From assembly GCA_026416845.1 (NCBI GenBank), contig JAOAEL010000004.1, positions 11,271 to 75,270 of the forward strand: a stretch of 64,000 nt of DNA, in the 5' to 3' direction. Both the position numbers and the translations under genes were made by a program. Positions within the stretch are counted from its first letter, which is position 1, and every line of letters starts with the position of its first letter. The DNA comes from Patescibacteria group bacterium. GTDB lineage: Bacteria > Patescibacteriota > Microgenomatia > UBA8517. The notes below the pieces were generated by a model, which worked only from the letters and a program-made list of their open reading frames with translations, was not told the DNA's origin and ran no database searches. Of the stretch, positions 19,368 through 28,962 are shown one piece after another.

Positions 19368-19490
19368 GAGGTCAGTTTCCTTGCGGATATTCCCATCGTC
19401 GAGAGGGGAACTAAGCCTTGCGACTAACCGACCACATTGAGTTTAGCAAAAAGCCATAGTTAAATCAACCGAGTAAAGGAAATACAAAAT

Positions 19491-22457
19491 ATGTCTAAAT
19501 TATACTTGCAAGAAATTGTCAAAGATATCCCTTTTGAAAACCTGCCTGCAAAATGGCAGAGGTTTGATCTAATTCGGTTTTCAAAAGATAAAACACTTTT
19601 TGATTTTCAAAAAAGGGGATTGCAAAACGCGCTTAAAGCTTTGTGGCTTTATTTCAAGGACAAAAATGAGAATAAAAAATTGTTGTTTGAACACTATAAA
19701 CTTAACGGGCTCGATGAGAATTTCGATTATGACTTAAAGAAAAAACAAGACAGCAAAACTGGCAGATATCTTTTGGAGCACGAGAAAGACTATCCGGTAG
19801 TTGAGAATAAGATTTCGTTTGCCTGTTTTATTAATCGAATGAGTTTTTGGATGGCAACAGGCAGTGGTAAGACGTTGGTTATTGTCAAATTAATTGAGTT
19901 TTTAGGAAAGCTTACTGAGAACAAAGAACTGCCTTCGGGAGACATACTGTTTTTGGCACATCGTGAAGATCTTATTGATCAATTCAAAAAGCATGTCGAA
20001 GAGTTTAATAGTTTGAATTTTGATGTAAGTATAAACCTTAAAAATTTAAAGGATTACGAAACGGTAAAGCGGGAGAACACTTTGCCTGTTTCCAACAGTA
20101 TTACTGTTTTTTATTATCGTTCTGATTTAATTTCTGACGAGCACAAAGAAAAAATTGTTAATTTTAGAAATTACGACAATAACGGCAGGTGGTATATCCT
20201 TTTAGACGAAGCCCATAAAGGTGACAAAGAAGATAGCAAGCGGCAGATTTTGTACTCCATACTTTCAAGAAACGGATTTTTGTTTAATTTTTCCGCTACC
20301 TTTACTGATCCAAGAGATTTTGCAACCTGTGTGTTTAATTTTAATCTTTCAAAATTTGTTGAGGAAGGGTATGGCAAGCATGTTTATGTGTCATCTGATG
20401 CTATCAAGGCGTTTCAGAAACAAGGTGATTTTTTGTCTGATGAAAAACAGAAAATCGTATTAAAAACTCTTCTGCTCTTGACTTATCTTAATAAGTGTTT
20501 TGAAGAAATCAGGAAATTAGATGATTCGTTATACCACAAGCCGCTTCTTTTGACATTGGTCAATTCTGTGGATGTAAAACAATCTGATTTGGAATTATTT
20601 TTTAGAGAATTGGAAAAGATTGCAGAGGGAGAAACTGAACCGAATTTATTGCAGAATGCAAAGAAAGAACTTTTTCAGGAGTTTGAAAAGCATGGCCAAT
20701 TTATGTTCGAGGATTTCAAAGTTTTTATAGATGCCAATCTTAGGTCCGCGTTGGATTACAACGATATTTTGAAATATGTTTTTAATGCGGATAAGCCCGG
20801 GAAGATTGAAGTTTTGGAAATTCCCGGAAACAAGCAAGAGTTGATTTTCAGATTGATGACTTCTAATAAACCATTTGCGCTGATAAAAATTGGCGATATT
20901 TCAGGCTGGCTAAAAGACAAACTCGAAGGCTATGAGATAAATGAAAGTTTTGAAAATGAAAGTTATTTTAAGAGACTAAACAGCGACGATTCCGATATAA
21001 ATATTTTAATGGGCTCGCGGTCTTTCTATGAGGGTTGGGATTCCAACAGACCAAACATTATTTTGTTTGTGAATATTGGTGTTGGAAGGAACGCAAAGAA
21101 ATTTGTTCTTCAGTCGATCGGGCGGGGTGTAAGAATCGAGCCCCGTAAAAATAAACGAAGACGAATACAACACCTGCTTAATGCAAAGGATATTGAACAA
21201 GAGTTGTTTGAGAAAGTAAGACACTTGGTTTTACCGATTGAAAGCTTGTTTGTCTTTGGGACAAATGCTGAAAATCTGAAGGAAATAATTGCAACATTAG
21301 AAGCAGAGAAACAAGATAAAAGTTTAGGCGATGCATTCATTGTAAACCCGGAAGCGCAAAAACATACTCTTTTGGTGCCGGTTTATAAAACTACCGAGAG
21401 AATTCTTGCTGACGAAGAAAACTTGCAGAGGTACCCCATCAGCCAGGGAGATTTTGATACAACCTTGCGGTTCTATAGATTTTTAGGCGACAGAATCGCT
21501 TTAGTTAAATATGATTGCACCGTTGCGGTTTTGAAGAAAGCAAAAGAGAGTTTTGAGAGAAAAGATCGATACTATGATTGTAGTAAAAAAGATTCGCTTT
21601 TTGAGCCGGAGCTACTCCTTGGTAGGATTTTTGACTATCTAGGCGTTAAAAGCAGGGAAATTGACGGGTTTAAGGAGTTAGAAGATGAAATCGTGCATTT
21701 CAGAAAGATTAGGTTTATAGACGGCGAAAAGTACGAGGAAATCAAAAGAAAGATAGAGGAAGTTAGGCGTTACCCCGAAAGAGAGAGGGAGTTAAAGGAA
21801 CAATACGGTAATATCTCAAGAGAAGAATATGACAGACAAATGATTTTGTTTAAGGAGGCAAGAAGTTTTGAAATGAAAGGACAAAGAATCAGAATAAAGT
21901 ATTTGGGTAAACACTACTATCTTCCGGTGATAGTTTCAGAAACAGAAAAGATCGATTATCTCAATCATATTATCAATGTAGAAAGCGAGGTAAGATTTCT
22001 GGAGGAATTAGAAGAATATACCCGAGACATTGATAATGAAGGAGGCAATAATATCTTCAAGAAGTTTGACTGGTGGATGTTTTCAAAACTTGATCAGACC
22101 TTAGACGAGATCTTTATTCCCTATTACAATCCAAAAACTAACAGCATTGCCAATTTTAAGCCGGATTTTGTGTTTTGGGCGCAGAAGGGTAATTGCTATT
22201 TCATAATATTTGTTGATCCAAAAGGCACAGAGCATGCGGACGCTTATAGGAAGATCGATGGTTATATAAGGATATTTGGAGGTGAAAAGCAAAATCAGGA
22301 AGAAAGTAGTTTTTGTTATGGGAATTTGAACATAAAAACAAAATTGCTGTTTAGATCTACACAAGGGGTTGCTAGTGTGTTAGAAAATTATCGAGAGTAT
22401 TGGTTTGACAGCCTTAATGATTTTGTTGACAAGGTTAATTTTTTTGTAAATAGCTAG
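19491..22457 (+). CDS. Type-III-like restriction enzyme Res subunit (SF2 helicase plus C-terminal nuclease)
   Basis: Helicase motif I WMATGSGKTLV, motif II ILLDEAHKGD (DEAH), about 990 aa. C-terminal FIIFVDPKGTEH is a possible PD-(D/E)xK core. Confidence 0.75.
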   Translation: MSKLYLQEIVKDIPFENLPAKWQRFDLIRFSKDKTLFDFQKRGLQNALKALWLYFKDKNENKKLLFEHYKLNGLDENFDYDLKKKQDSKTGRYLLEHEKDYPVVENKISFACFINRMSFWMATGSGKTLVIVKLIEFLGKLTENKELPSGDILFLAHREDLIDQFKKHVEEFNSLNFDVSINLKNLKDYETVKRENTLPVSNSITVFYYRSDLISDEHKEKIVNFRNYDNNGRWYILLDEAHKGDKEDSKRQILYSILSRNGFLFNFSATFTDPRDFATCVFNFNLSKFVEEGYGKHVYVSSDAIKAFQKQGDFLSDEKQKIVLKTLLLLTYLNKCFEEIRKLDDSLYHKPLLLTLVNSVDVKQSDLELFFRELEKIAEGETEPNLLQNAKKELFQEFEKHGQFMFEDFKVFIDANLRSALDYNDILKYVFNADKPGKIEVLEIPGNKQELIFRLMTSNKPFALIKIGDISGWLKDKLEGYEINESFENESYFKRLNSDDSDINILMGSRSFYEGWDSNRPNIILFVNIGVGRNAKKFVLQSIGRGVRIEPRKNKRRRIQHLLNAKDIEQELFEKVRHLVLPIESLFVFGTNAENLKEIIATLEAEKQDKSLGDAFIVNPEAQKHTLLVPVYKTTERILADEENLQRYPISQGDFDTTLRFYRFLGDRIALVKYDCTVAVLKKAKESFERKDRYYDCSKKDSLFEPELLLGRIFDYLGVKSREIDGFKELEDEIVHFRKIRFIDGEKYEEIKRKIEEVRRYPERERELKEQYGNISREEYDRQMILFKEARSFEMKGQRIRIKYLGKHYYLPVIVSETEKIDYLNHIINVESEVRFLEELEEYTRDIDNEGGNNIFKKFDWWMFSKLDQTLDEIFIPYYNPKTNSIANFKPDFVFWAQKGNCYFIIFVDPKGTEHADAYRKIDGYIRIFGGEKQNQEESSFCYGNLNIKTKLLFRSTQGVASVLENYREYWFDSLNDFVDKVNFFVNS

Positions 22458-22541
22458 ATACTTCCAATATCAGGATTTTTATGTGATTTTTGAGTAAATT
22501 TGAGTTTGCCAAAAGGTGATTTTTCGGGTGTGACAAGCAAA

Positions 22542-23060
22542 TTAAGATGTTTGGGATGTGCTATGTTTTTTGTGTGATTTTGTTGCAAGTTTTGGATAGT
22601 TGCAGTTGTGTCTATTGTCTTCCAAAAACGGCACTTTGACTCGCCATTCGTATTTTGACCTTTCCTCAAACTTTTTTATCTCGCTAGCGTAATGTTTTTG
22701 AAATACTTGCCTTGTTACATTGTTAACCTTGCAAAAGTGAGAGATTAGTTTTTCTTGGGATAATTTGCTTTTTTGGGCAATCACTCCGGCAAAGCCCATG
22801 TGCTTGACTATATGGCAAAGGGTGCAAAGAGGCACTATGTCTTTTAGGATTTGCAGTTTCTCTTTGTCGTCATATTGCCAAACCTCGTGAGCATGGAGCT
22901 TTTTTGATTTTTGTTTGCAGATAGCGCATTGTCCTTTGCTTTTTGCAAAAACCGCTTTTTTTACTTCTTCCCAGAGCTTTGGTTTTATAATCTTTCTTAG
23001 GTTATTGCCCCACGCGGAGGCAGGTACCATTTCTATTGCGAGTGTGAGCTTTTTAGTCAT
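22542..23060 (-). CDS. HNH-like zinc-finger nuclease family protein (hypothetical)
   Basis: C-x2-C...LHAHEV...C-x2-CH arrangement (CAICKQ...HAHEVW...CTLCH) typical of HNH/His-Me finger proteins; convergent on res. Confidence 0.45.
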   Translation of the reverse strand: MTKKLTLAIEMVPASAWGNNLRKIIKPKLWEEVKKAVFAKSKGQCAICKQKSKKLHAHEVWQYDDKEKLQILKDIVPLCTLCHIVKHMGFAGVIAQKSKLSQEKLISHFCKVNNVTRQVFQKHYASEIKKFEERSKYEWRVKVPFLEDNRHNCNYPKLATKSHKKHSTSQTS

Positions 23061-23493
23061 TTTTCAAAAAAAGCATTTTTGATATATAAATTGCCCCAAA
23101 TATTGCTATCACACTTAAACACTGCCAAAAAACTTGGTAAAGAAAATACACGGATTCGTTTTTGAGTATTTTATACCCTATCATTTTTGCGGCTGGGTTT
23201 CTGTGTGTGGCGCTAAACTGCTCGTTTAGCCAGTATATTGTCTCCCCTATTCCTCTTATTGCCCAAAAAAGGCAGACAAAAAGCCAGAAATAAAGCGAAT
23301 CTTTTTGAAACAAACAAAACAAAGACACAATTAGCCAAAAAATAGAAATAACAATTCCATCTCCCCATACAAAAATTCCAAAAGGATAAAGCAGTTTGGT
23401 TGGGTAAAAGGCATTGCCCTTCTTTGATTGAAATATTGAATAAATCAATATCAAAAGACAGAAAGCAGATAAAATTGGCAAGAAGAAATTCAT
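23053..23493 (-). CDS. Small integral membrane protein (hypothetical)
   Basis: 146 aa, 4 predicted TM helices, Trp/Phe-rich; overlaps upstream gene by 8 nt. Confidence 0.5.
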   Translation of the reverse strand: MNFFLPILSAFCLLILIYSIFQSKKGNAFYPTKLLYPFGIFVWGDGIVISIFWLIVSLFCLFQKDSLYFWLFVCLFWAIRGIGETIYWLNEQFSATHRNPAAKMIGYKILKNESVYFLYQVFWQCLSVIAIFGAIYISKMLFLKND

Positions 23494-23543
23494 TTGTGCT
23501 TATTGTACTTTTAATTTATGTGTGTTAAAAGTTTTCTTAAGAA

Positions 23544-24650
23544 ATGACAAAATCAAAGAAAAACCAAATAGAAGTTCCTACCCAACAAACAGATTTGTCC
23601 GCAAAATTGCAAGCCATCAAAATTGCCATGGAGCAAATAGAAAAACAATATGGCAAAGGCGCGATAATGCGACTTGGAGACAGGGCGGATGAGAAGTATA
23701 AAATTGAAGTTATCCCAACAGGGGCTATAACTCTTGATTTGGCTCTAGGAGTTGGCGGTTTTCCAAGAGGAAGGATAATAGAAATCTATGGACCGGAAGC
23801 TTCAGGCAAAACCACTCTAGCTCTTTCTGTTATTGCTGAAGCTCAAAAACGTGGAGGACAAGCGGCTTTTGTAGATGCGGAGCACGCTTTGGATCCGGAG
23901 CGCGCCGAAGTTCTTGGCGTGAATCTTGACGATCTTTTGCTTTCTCAGCCCGATACCGGCGAGCAAGCTTTAGAGATCACGGAAACTTTGGTTCGTTCAG
24001 GCGCGTTGGATGTGATAGTTGTTGATTCTGTTGCCGCTTTGGTGCCAAGAGCGGAGTTGGAAGGAGAGATGGGCGATGCTGTTGTGGGACTTCAGGCAAG
24101 GCTCATGAGTCAAGCTTTGAGAAAATTAACAGGAGTTATTAACAAATCAAAAACAATTTTGATATTTACCAATCAATTAAGACAGAAAATAGGTGTTTTG
24201 TTTGGAAATCCAGAAACAACTCCGGGAGGATTGGCGCTTAAATTTTATGCTTCTGTTCGCATTGATGTCAGAAAAATTGAAGTTTTGAAAAACGGCGAAG
24301 ATGTTATTGGTTCCCGTCATAGAGCAAGAATCGTGAAAAACAAAGTCGCTCCGCCTCTTCGCGTTGCTGAGTTTGATATCATGAATGGCACTGAGGGTAT
24401 TTCTAAATTAGGGTGTCTTTTAGATGCGGCCTTGACATTTAATGTTCTTGAGAAAAAGGGTTCATTTTTTAGTTACGAAGGCAAAGTTTTGGGTCAGGGT
24501 AGAGAAGGAACCAAGATGGCGCTTAGAGAAGATAAAAAATTAGTTGACGATATAGAAAGGAAAGTTTGGGACGCGGCCAGAAGTAGCGGATCAATGCCCA
24601 AAGAGATAGGAGAAGTGGCTACTGACGATCAAGAATTAGAAGAAAGATAA
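23544..24650 (+). CDS. recA: Recombinase RecA
   Basis: Walker [14 protein letters not shown]1/L2 loop regions, overall RecA length and conservation. Confidence 0.97.
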   Translation: MTKSKKNQIEVPTQQTDLSAKLQAIKIAMEQIEKQYGKGAIMRLGDRADEKYKIEVIPTGAITLDLALGVGGFPRGRIIEIYGPEASGKTTLALSVIAEAQKRGGQAAFVDAEHALDPERAEVLGVNLDDLLLSQPDTGEQALEITETLVRSGALDVIVVDSVAALVPRAELEGEMGDAVVGLQARLMSQALRKLTGVINKSKTILIFTNQLRQKIGVLFGNPETTPGGLALKFYASVRIDVRKIEVLKNGEDVIGSRHRARIVKNKVAPPLRVAEFDIMNGTEGISKLGCLLDAALTFNVLEKKGSFFSYEGKVLGQGREGTKMALREDKKLVDDIERKVWDAARSSGSMPKEIGEVATDDQELEER

Positions 24651-24657
24651 TATCTTC

Positions 24658-25287
24658 ATGCCTTTAGTGGTTTCAATTGTTCCACAAAATGCTAAGAATT
24701 TGTTTTGCGTTTATTTGGATAACGGTTTTAGATTAGACATTGACGTTTATTCTTTTTCCAAATTGAATCTAAAAGTTGGTCAGAATTTAAGCGATTCAGA
24801 TGTTTTAAAGATTCTTGAATTAATTGAATTTCAGAAAACTTTGGATAGGCTCATAAATTTTGCGACCATACGACCGCGAAGCATTAAGGAAATTTCTCTC
24901 TGGCTTGATCGCAAAAAAGTGCCCGAAAAAATTCGTTCAGAACTTTTTGATAAATTAAAATCCCTTAAGCTTGTTGATGATTTCAAGTTTGCTTGTTGGT
25001 GGGTTAAGCAAAGAAACTCGTTTAATCCTAAGCCGATAAATGTTTTAAAATTCGAACTTCTACAAAAAGGCGTAGATAAAAAAGTTATACAAAAAGTTTT
25101 GGCAAAAACTACTGTAAACGAAAGAGAAAATGCGATTAATATCTTAGCTAGAAAAATAAATAAATTTAGCAAATATTCCGGGATGGCGAAGTTTAACAAG
25201 ATGGTAACTTATTTGTTGAGGAAAGGATATTCGCTTGAAAATGCGAGACATGCGGCAAATCATGTGAATAAACAAGTGTTGACCTAA
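24658..25287 (+). CDS. recX: RecX-like regulatory protein
   Basis: Immediately downstream of recA; helical-repeat protein with RecX-like C-terminal LLRKGYSLENA. Confidence 0.6.
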   Translation: MPLVVSIVPQNAKNLFCVYLDNGFRLDIDVYSFSKLNLKVGQNLSDSDVLKILELIEFQKTLDRLINFATIRPRSIKEISLWLDRKKVPEKIRSELFDKLKSLKLVDDFKFACWWVKQRNSFNPKPINVLKFELLQKGVDKKVIQKVLAKTTVNERENAINILARKINKFSKYSGMAKFNKMVTYLLRKGYSLENARHAANHVNKQVLT

Positions 25288-25392
25288 ATTGCTTTTGTGC
25301 CTAAAATACAAGCTTAGGAGAGTAATGATATGAAAGTTTCGCTTTTGGTTATCTCCTCAACTGAAACCGTCTAAACTTTATTAAGTTACTCT

Positions 25393-26691
25393 TTGGTTTT
25401 GCTTTTTTATTTTTTATGTTTTATGACAAATAAGAGTATTTCAAAAATTGATGCTGAGGAGCTTAAACTTTTGATAGAAGATCTTCGTGCTGATCGTGAA
25501 CAGCTCGAAAAAGAAAAAAAGCTTTTGAAACAAAAAAAAGAAGAATTGATTGAAAAGCTAAGTAGTGTTTCTAAATTGTCTCAGGATGAAGCAAAAAAGC
25601 TTCTTTTAAATGAGCTTCAAGATGAACTGAAAGAAGAAATTGCCAAAAGAGTTCGCAATGCGGAAGAAAAGATAAGACTTGAAGCGAAAGAGAGAGCCAA
25701 AGAAATATTGGTTGATGCCATGAAACAAGGCGCAACGAAATATACGGCTGAATACACAGTTTCAACAGTCAGGGTGCCAAATGAGGAAGTTAAGGGTCGA
25801 ATAATTGGAAAAGAGGGCAGAAACATCAGAGCTTTTGAAAAAGAAACAGGAGTTGAGCTTGAGATAGACGAAACAAACGAAATCAGACTTTCTTCATTTG
25901 ATTCTATCAGACGTGAAATTGCAAGGCGTTCTTTGGAAGAGCTTATAAAAGACACTAGAATTCAACCCTCGCGAATAGAAGAAGTTGTGCGTCAGACTAA
26001 ATTCCAGATGGAAGACATTTTAATAGAGGAAGGCAAGAAAATTGCTGAAGAGTGCGGAGTTTATAATTTGCCTCTTGATATAATTAAGCTTGTAGGCAGG
26101 TATAAATTTAGAACTTCATACGGGCAAAATTTGGCGCTTCACACAATTGAGGAAACAAGAATTGGTGTTGCAATAGCCCAAGAAATTGAGGCAGATGTTG
26201 AGGTTGTCAGGCTTGGATGTTTGTTACATGACATAGGTAAGGTTGTAACAGATGAGGAGGGAACTCATGTGGAAGTTGGCGTTTCGGTTTTGAAAAAGTA
26301 TGGCTTCCCAAAAGCTGTCGTAAACGCGGTTGCTGAGCATCATGAAGATAAGCCATTTTCGTCAATAGAATCGGTGATAGTTTGGATTGCGGATGCTATT
26401 TCAGGTTCCAGACCGGGAGCAAGATATGAACCTCATGAGGCATATGTCCAAAGAATGGATAAAATTGAAGAGATTGCCAATAGCTTTTCAGGAGTTGACA
26501 AAGCCTTTGCTTTTCAGGCTGGTAGAGAGGTGCGAGTTATTGTTAAACCAAATGAGGTGGATGATGATTCTTTGACAATTCTTGCCCGCAACATAGCCAA
26601 AAAATTGGAAAATGAAACTCAATATGCTGGACAAATAAAAGTTACGGTAATTCGGGAAGTTAAGGTCTCCGAATTTACGAAAGCCAAGTAA
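25393..26691 (+). CDS. rny: Ribonuclease Y
   Basis: Short N-terminal TM, coiled-coil, KH domain (GRIIGKEGRNIRAFE), HD domain (LLHDIGK). Confidence 0.88.
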   Translation: MVLLFYFLCFMTNKSISKIDAEELKLLIEDLRADREQLEKEKKLLKQKKEELIEKLSSVSKLSQDEAKKLLLNELQDELKEEIAKRVRNAEEKIRLEAKERAKEILVDAMKQGATKYTAEYTVSTVRVPNEEVKGRIIGKEGRNIRAFEKETGVELEIDETNEIRLSSFDSIRREIARRSLEELIKDTRIQPSRIEEVVRQTKFQMEDILIEEGKKIAEECGVYNLPLDIIKLVGRYKFRTSYGQNLALHTIEETRIGVAIAQEIEADVEVVRLGCLLHDIGKVVTDEEGTHVEVGVSVLKKYGFPKAVVNAVAEHHEDKPFSSIESVIVWIADAISGSRPGARYEPHEAYVQRMDKIEEIANSFSGVDKAFAFQAGREVRVIVKPNEVDDDSLTILARNIAKKLENETQYAGQIKVTVIREVKVSEFTKAK

Positions 26692-26736
26692 TTTTCTTGA
26701 CTTTTAGTAATGTTTGTTTTATTCTAAGCCAATAAA

Positions 26737-27012
26737 ATGACAAAAAAGGAAATAATTAATCTTGTAGCAAGAAAAGCTCATTTGACAAAAAAAGCCGCAA
26801 ATGAGGCAGTAGAAGTTTTTCTAAATGAGATAGGCAGGGTTTTAGCAAAAGGAGAGAAAGTGGTTCTTTCAGGTTTTGGAACTTTTAGAGTTATTTCAAT
26901 GAAAGGAAAAACGGTAAAAATTCCAAAGACCGATAAAATGGTTACAATCAAGGCACACAGAGCTCCTAAGTTTACTGCAGGCAAAAGATTAAAAAAGCAA
27001 GTTGCAAGGTAG
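26737..27012 (+). CDS. hup: DNA-binding protein HU
   Basis: 91 aa; HU signature GFGTF.V and arm region RAPKFTAGK. Confidence 0.92.
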   Translation: MTKKEIINLVARKAHLTKKAANEAVEVFLNEIGRVLAKGEKVVLSGFGTFRVISMKGKTVKIPKTDKMVTIKAHRAPKFTAGKRLKKQVAR

Positions 27013-27031
27013 TAATAATTGCATATCGGTG

Positions 27032-27736
27032 ATGAAATCTTCAAAAGCAAGACAATTGCATGACAAGGCTTTGAATCTTCGTGAACAACAAAATTTTTTA
27101 CAATCTTTACAGGTTAGTATAGAAGCTCTTTGTGAGTATGCGAAAGATGAGGATACTTTAGGTTTTGCTGAACTTTTGTCTATGATGTCAAAAACTTACT
27201 TGCATATGTTTTCATTTGCAAATTATCCTCCATATTTAGAGTTGGCAAAATCAACGGCAATGGCTTGTGTTTCTATTGCAGAGAGCGCCAAGGAACCTAA
27301 AGCCGCTATGTTGCCCTATTTTAATTTAGGCGATATTGCTGATGAAGCAGGTGATTTGGATTTGGCGATACTTGCTTACAAAAAAGCTATTGATATCTTT
27401 GGGGAAGACCCACCCGCGAGGCATAATAGAAAATCTTTGTTGGCGAATTTCAAAGTTCATTTAGCATCATGCGAATATAGAAATGGTGACAAATCTGCTT
27501 TGGCTAGAGCGGAAGAAGCGTTAAATGATCTTATTAATTCTTCAGATGCTTCAGAATACGAAAAAGATGTGTGGGTTTCTGGATCTCATATACGAATTGC
27601 AAGGATACTAAAGAATGATAATCCACAAAAAGCAAAAGGGCATTTATTTAAGGCTAAAGAAATAATAGACAGGAATCCCCAGCTTGTTATACGCAAAGCT
27701 CAGTGGCAAAAACTTGCTGAACTTTTTGAATCTTAG
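27032..27736 (+). CDS. TPR-like helical repeat protein (hypothetical)
   Basis: ORF-track frame trimmed to first ATG after hup stop; helical repeats with A/L/Y periodicity (AILAYKKAIDIFG). Confidence 0.5.
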   Translation: MKSSKARQLHDKALNLREQQNFLQSLQVSIEALCEYAKDEDTLGFAELLSMMSKTYLHMFSFANYPPYLELAKSTAMACVSIAESAKEPKAAMLPYFNLGDIADEAGDLDLAILAYKKAIDIFGEDPPARHNRKSLLANFKVHLASCEYRNGDKSALARAEEALNDLINSSDASEYEKDVWVSGSHIRIARILKNDNPQKAKGHLFKAKEIIDRNPQLVIRKAQWQKLAELFES

Positions 27737-27972
27737 GTTTTTATGGTTTTGAACTTTAACTTCATATTTAGTATAAACAAGTTCAATTGAATAAAAATTT
27801 AACTTTGTTCAGAACGTAATTGCCTTTAAAGTTTGCCGCAGAGTATTCAAAAAATTTTTAAGTTTTTTTGCGATGATTTGTGAACAATAGAAGAATTACA
27901 GAAAACATTTTGAAAAGTAAAATAGTGTTGACTGAAAAGCGGAATGTTGGTTAGTTTGGAATAGAATTTAAT

Positions 27973-28956
27973 ATGTCCGATAAAAATAAACTACTTATTA
28001 TTTGCGGTCCAACTGCTACAGGAAAAACTTCTTTGGCATTGCAATTGGCTGAGCAATTTAATGGAGAAATTGTTTCAGTAGATTCAAGGCAAGTGTATGT
28101 TAGTATGGACATTGGTACTGGCAAGGATATACCTGAAGGTTTTAAGCCTCAAAATTTAAATGTAAGTGGCTATTGGCTTAAGGTTTATACAAATGGCAAA
28201 ACTAGAATTTGGGGTTACGATTTAGTCAAATGGCATGAAGAATTCAGCGTATCTGATTATGTTAATATTGCAAGCACGATAATTAAAAATATTTGTTTGC
28301 AAAGTAAACTTCCTATTTTAGTTGGCGGAACTGGATTTTATATCAAAGCTTTAATTGATGGGTTTGATACTTTGCAAGTCCCTAAGAACGAGGTCTTAAG
28401 AAAAAGTTTAGAGGGCAAAGAGGTATCAAAGTTATATGAAGTTTTAAGATGCAAGGATCCTGAAAAAGCGCTTTTTTTAAATGAATCAGATAAAAAAAAT
28501 CCAAGAAGATTAATTCGTGCCATTGAAGTTTCTGATTGGAAATTACAAAACAATCGATACAATCAATTAAGTAGTAAAACTTCTCATAAATATGACTCAC
28601 TTTTTGTAGGGCTATGTTTGCCAAAGAATAGAATTTTTGAACTTATTGAAGATAGAGTTGGCAAAAGGTTAAAAGTTGGATTTGAAAAGGAAATGGATAT
28701 GTTGGTCAAACAAGGTTTTAATTCTGGATTGCAATCAGCTTGTGCTATTGGCTATGCTCAATGGCTTAAATTCTTAAATAAAGAAATATCAAAAGAACAA
28801 GCAATAAAAGAATGGATTCGCAAAGAGCAACTCTATGCTAAAAGACAGATGACGTGGTTTAGAAAAGACAAAAGAATACATTGGTTTTATGTTGATAATT
28901 ATAGTTTTTTTGCAGAAGTGGCAGATTTAGTGATAAAGTGGCATAATAAGTCTTAA
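27973..28956 (+). CDS. miaA: tRNA dimethylallyltransferase
   Basis: P-loop ICGPTATGKTSLAL and SVDSRQVYVSMDIGTGK. Confidence 0.9.
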   Translation: MSDKNKLLIICGPTATGKTSLALQLAEQFNGEIVSVDSRQVYVSMDIGTGKDIPEGFKPQNLNVSGYWLKVYTNGKTRIWGYDLVKWHEEFSVSDYVNIASTIIKNICLQSKLPILVGGTGFYIKALIDGFDTLQVPKNEVLRKSLEGKEVSKLYEVLRCKDPEKALFLNESDKKNPRRLIRAIEVSDWKLQNNRYNQLSSKTSHKYDSLFVGLCLPKNRIFELIEDRVGKRLKVGFEKEMDMLVKQGFNSGLQSACAIGYAQWLKFLNKEISKEQAIKEWIRKEQLYAKRQMTWFRKDKRIHWFYVDNYSFFAEVADLVIKWHNKS

Positions 28957-28962
28957 GTTAAA

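Noticed and set aside
20171-21340. Assorted 60-80-aa ORFs on both strands within res
   Set aside because: Inside the Res helicase-nuclease frame, which carries continuous motifs.
25571-25955. Minus-strand 64- and 112-aa ORFs in rny
   Set aside because: Antisense to the RNase Y coiled-coil region (Ser/Leu-rich artefact).
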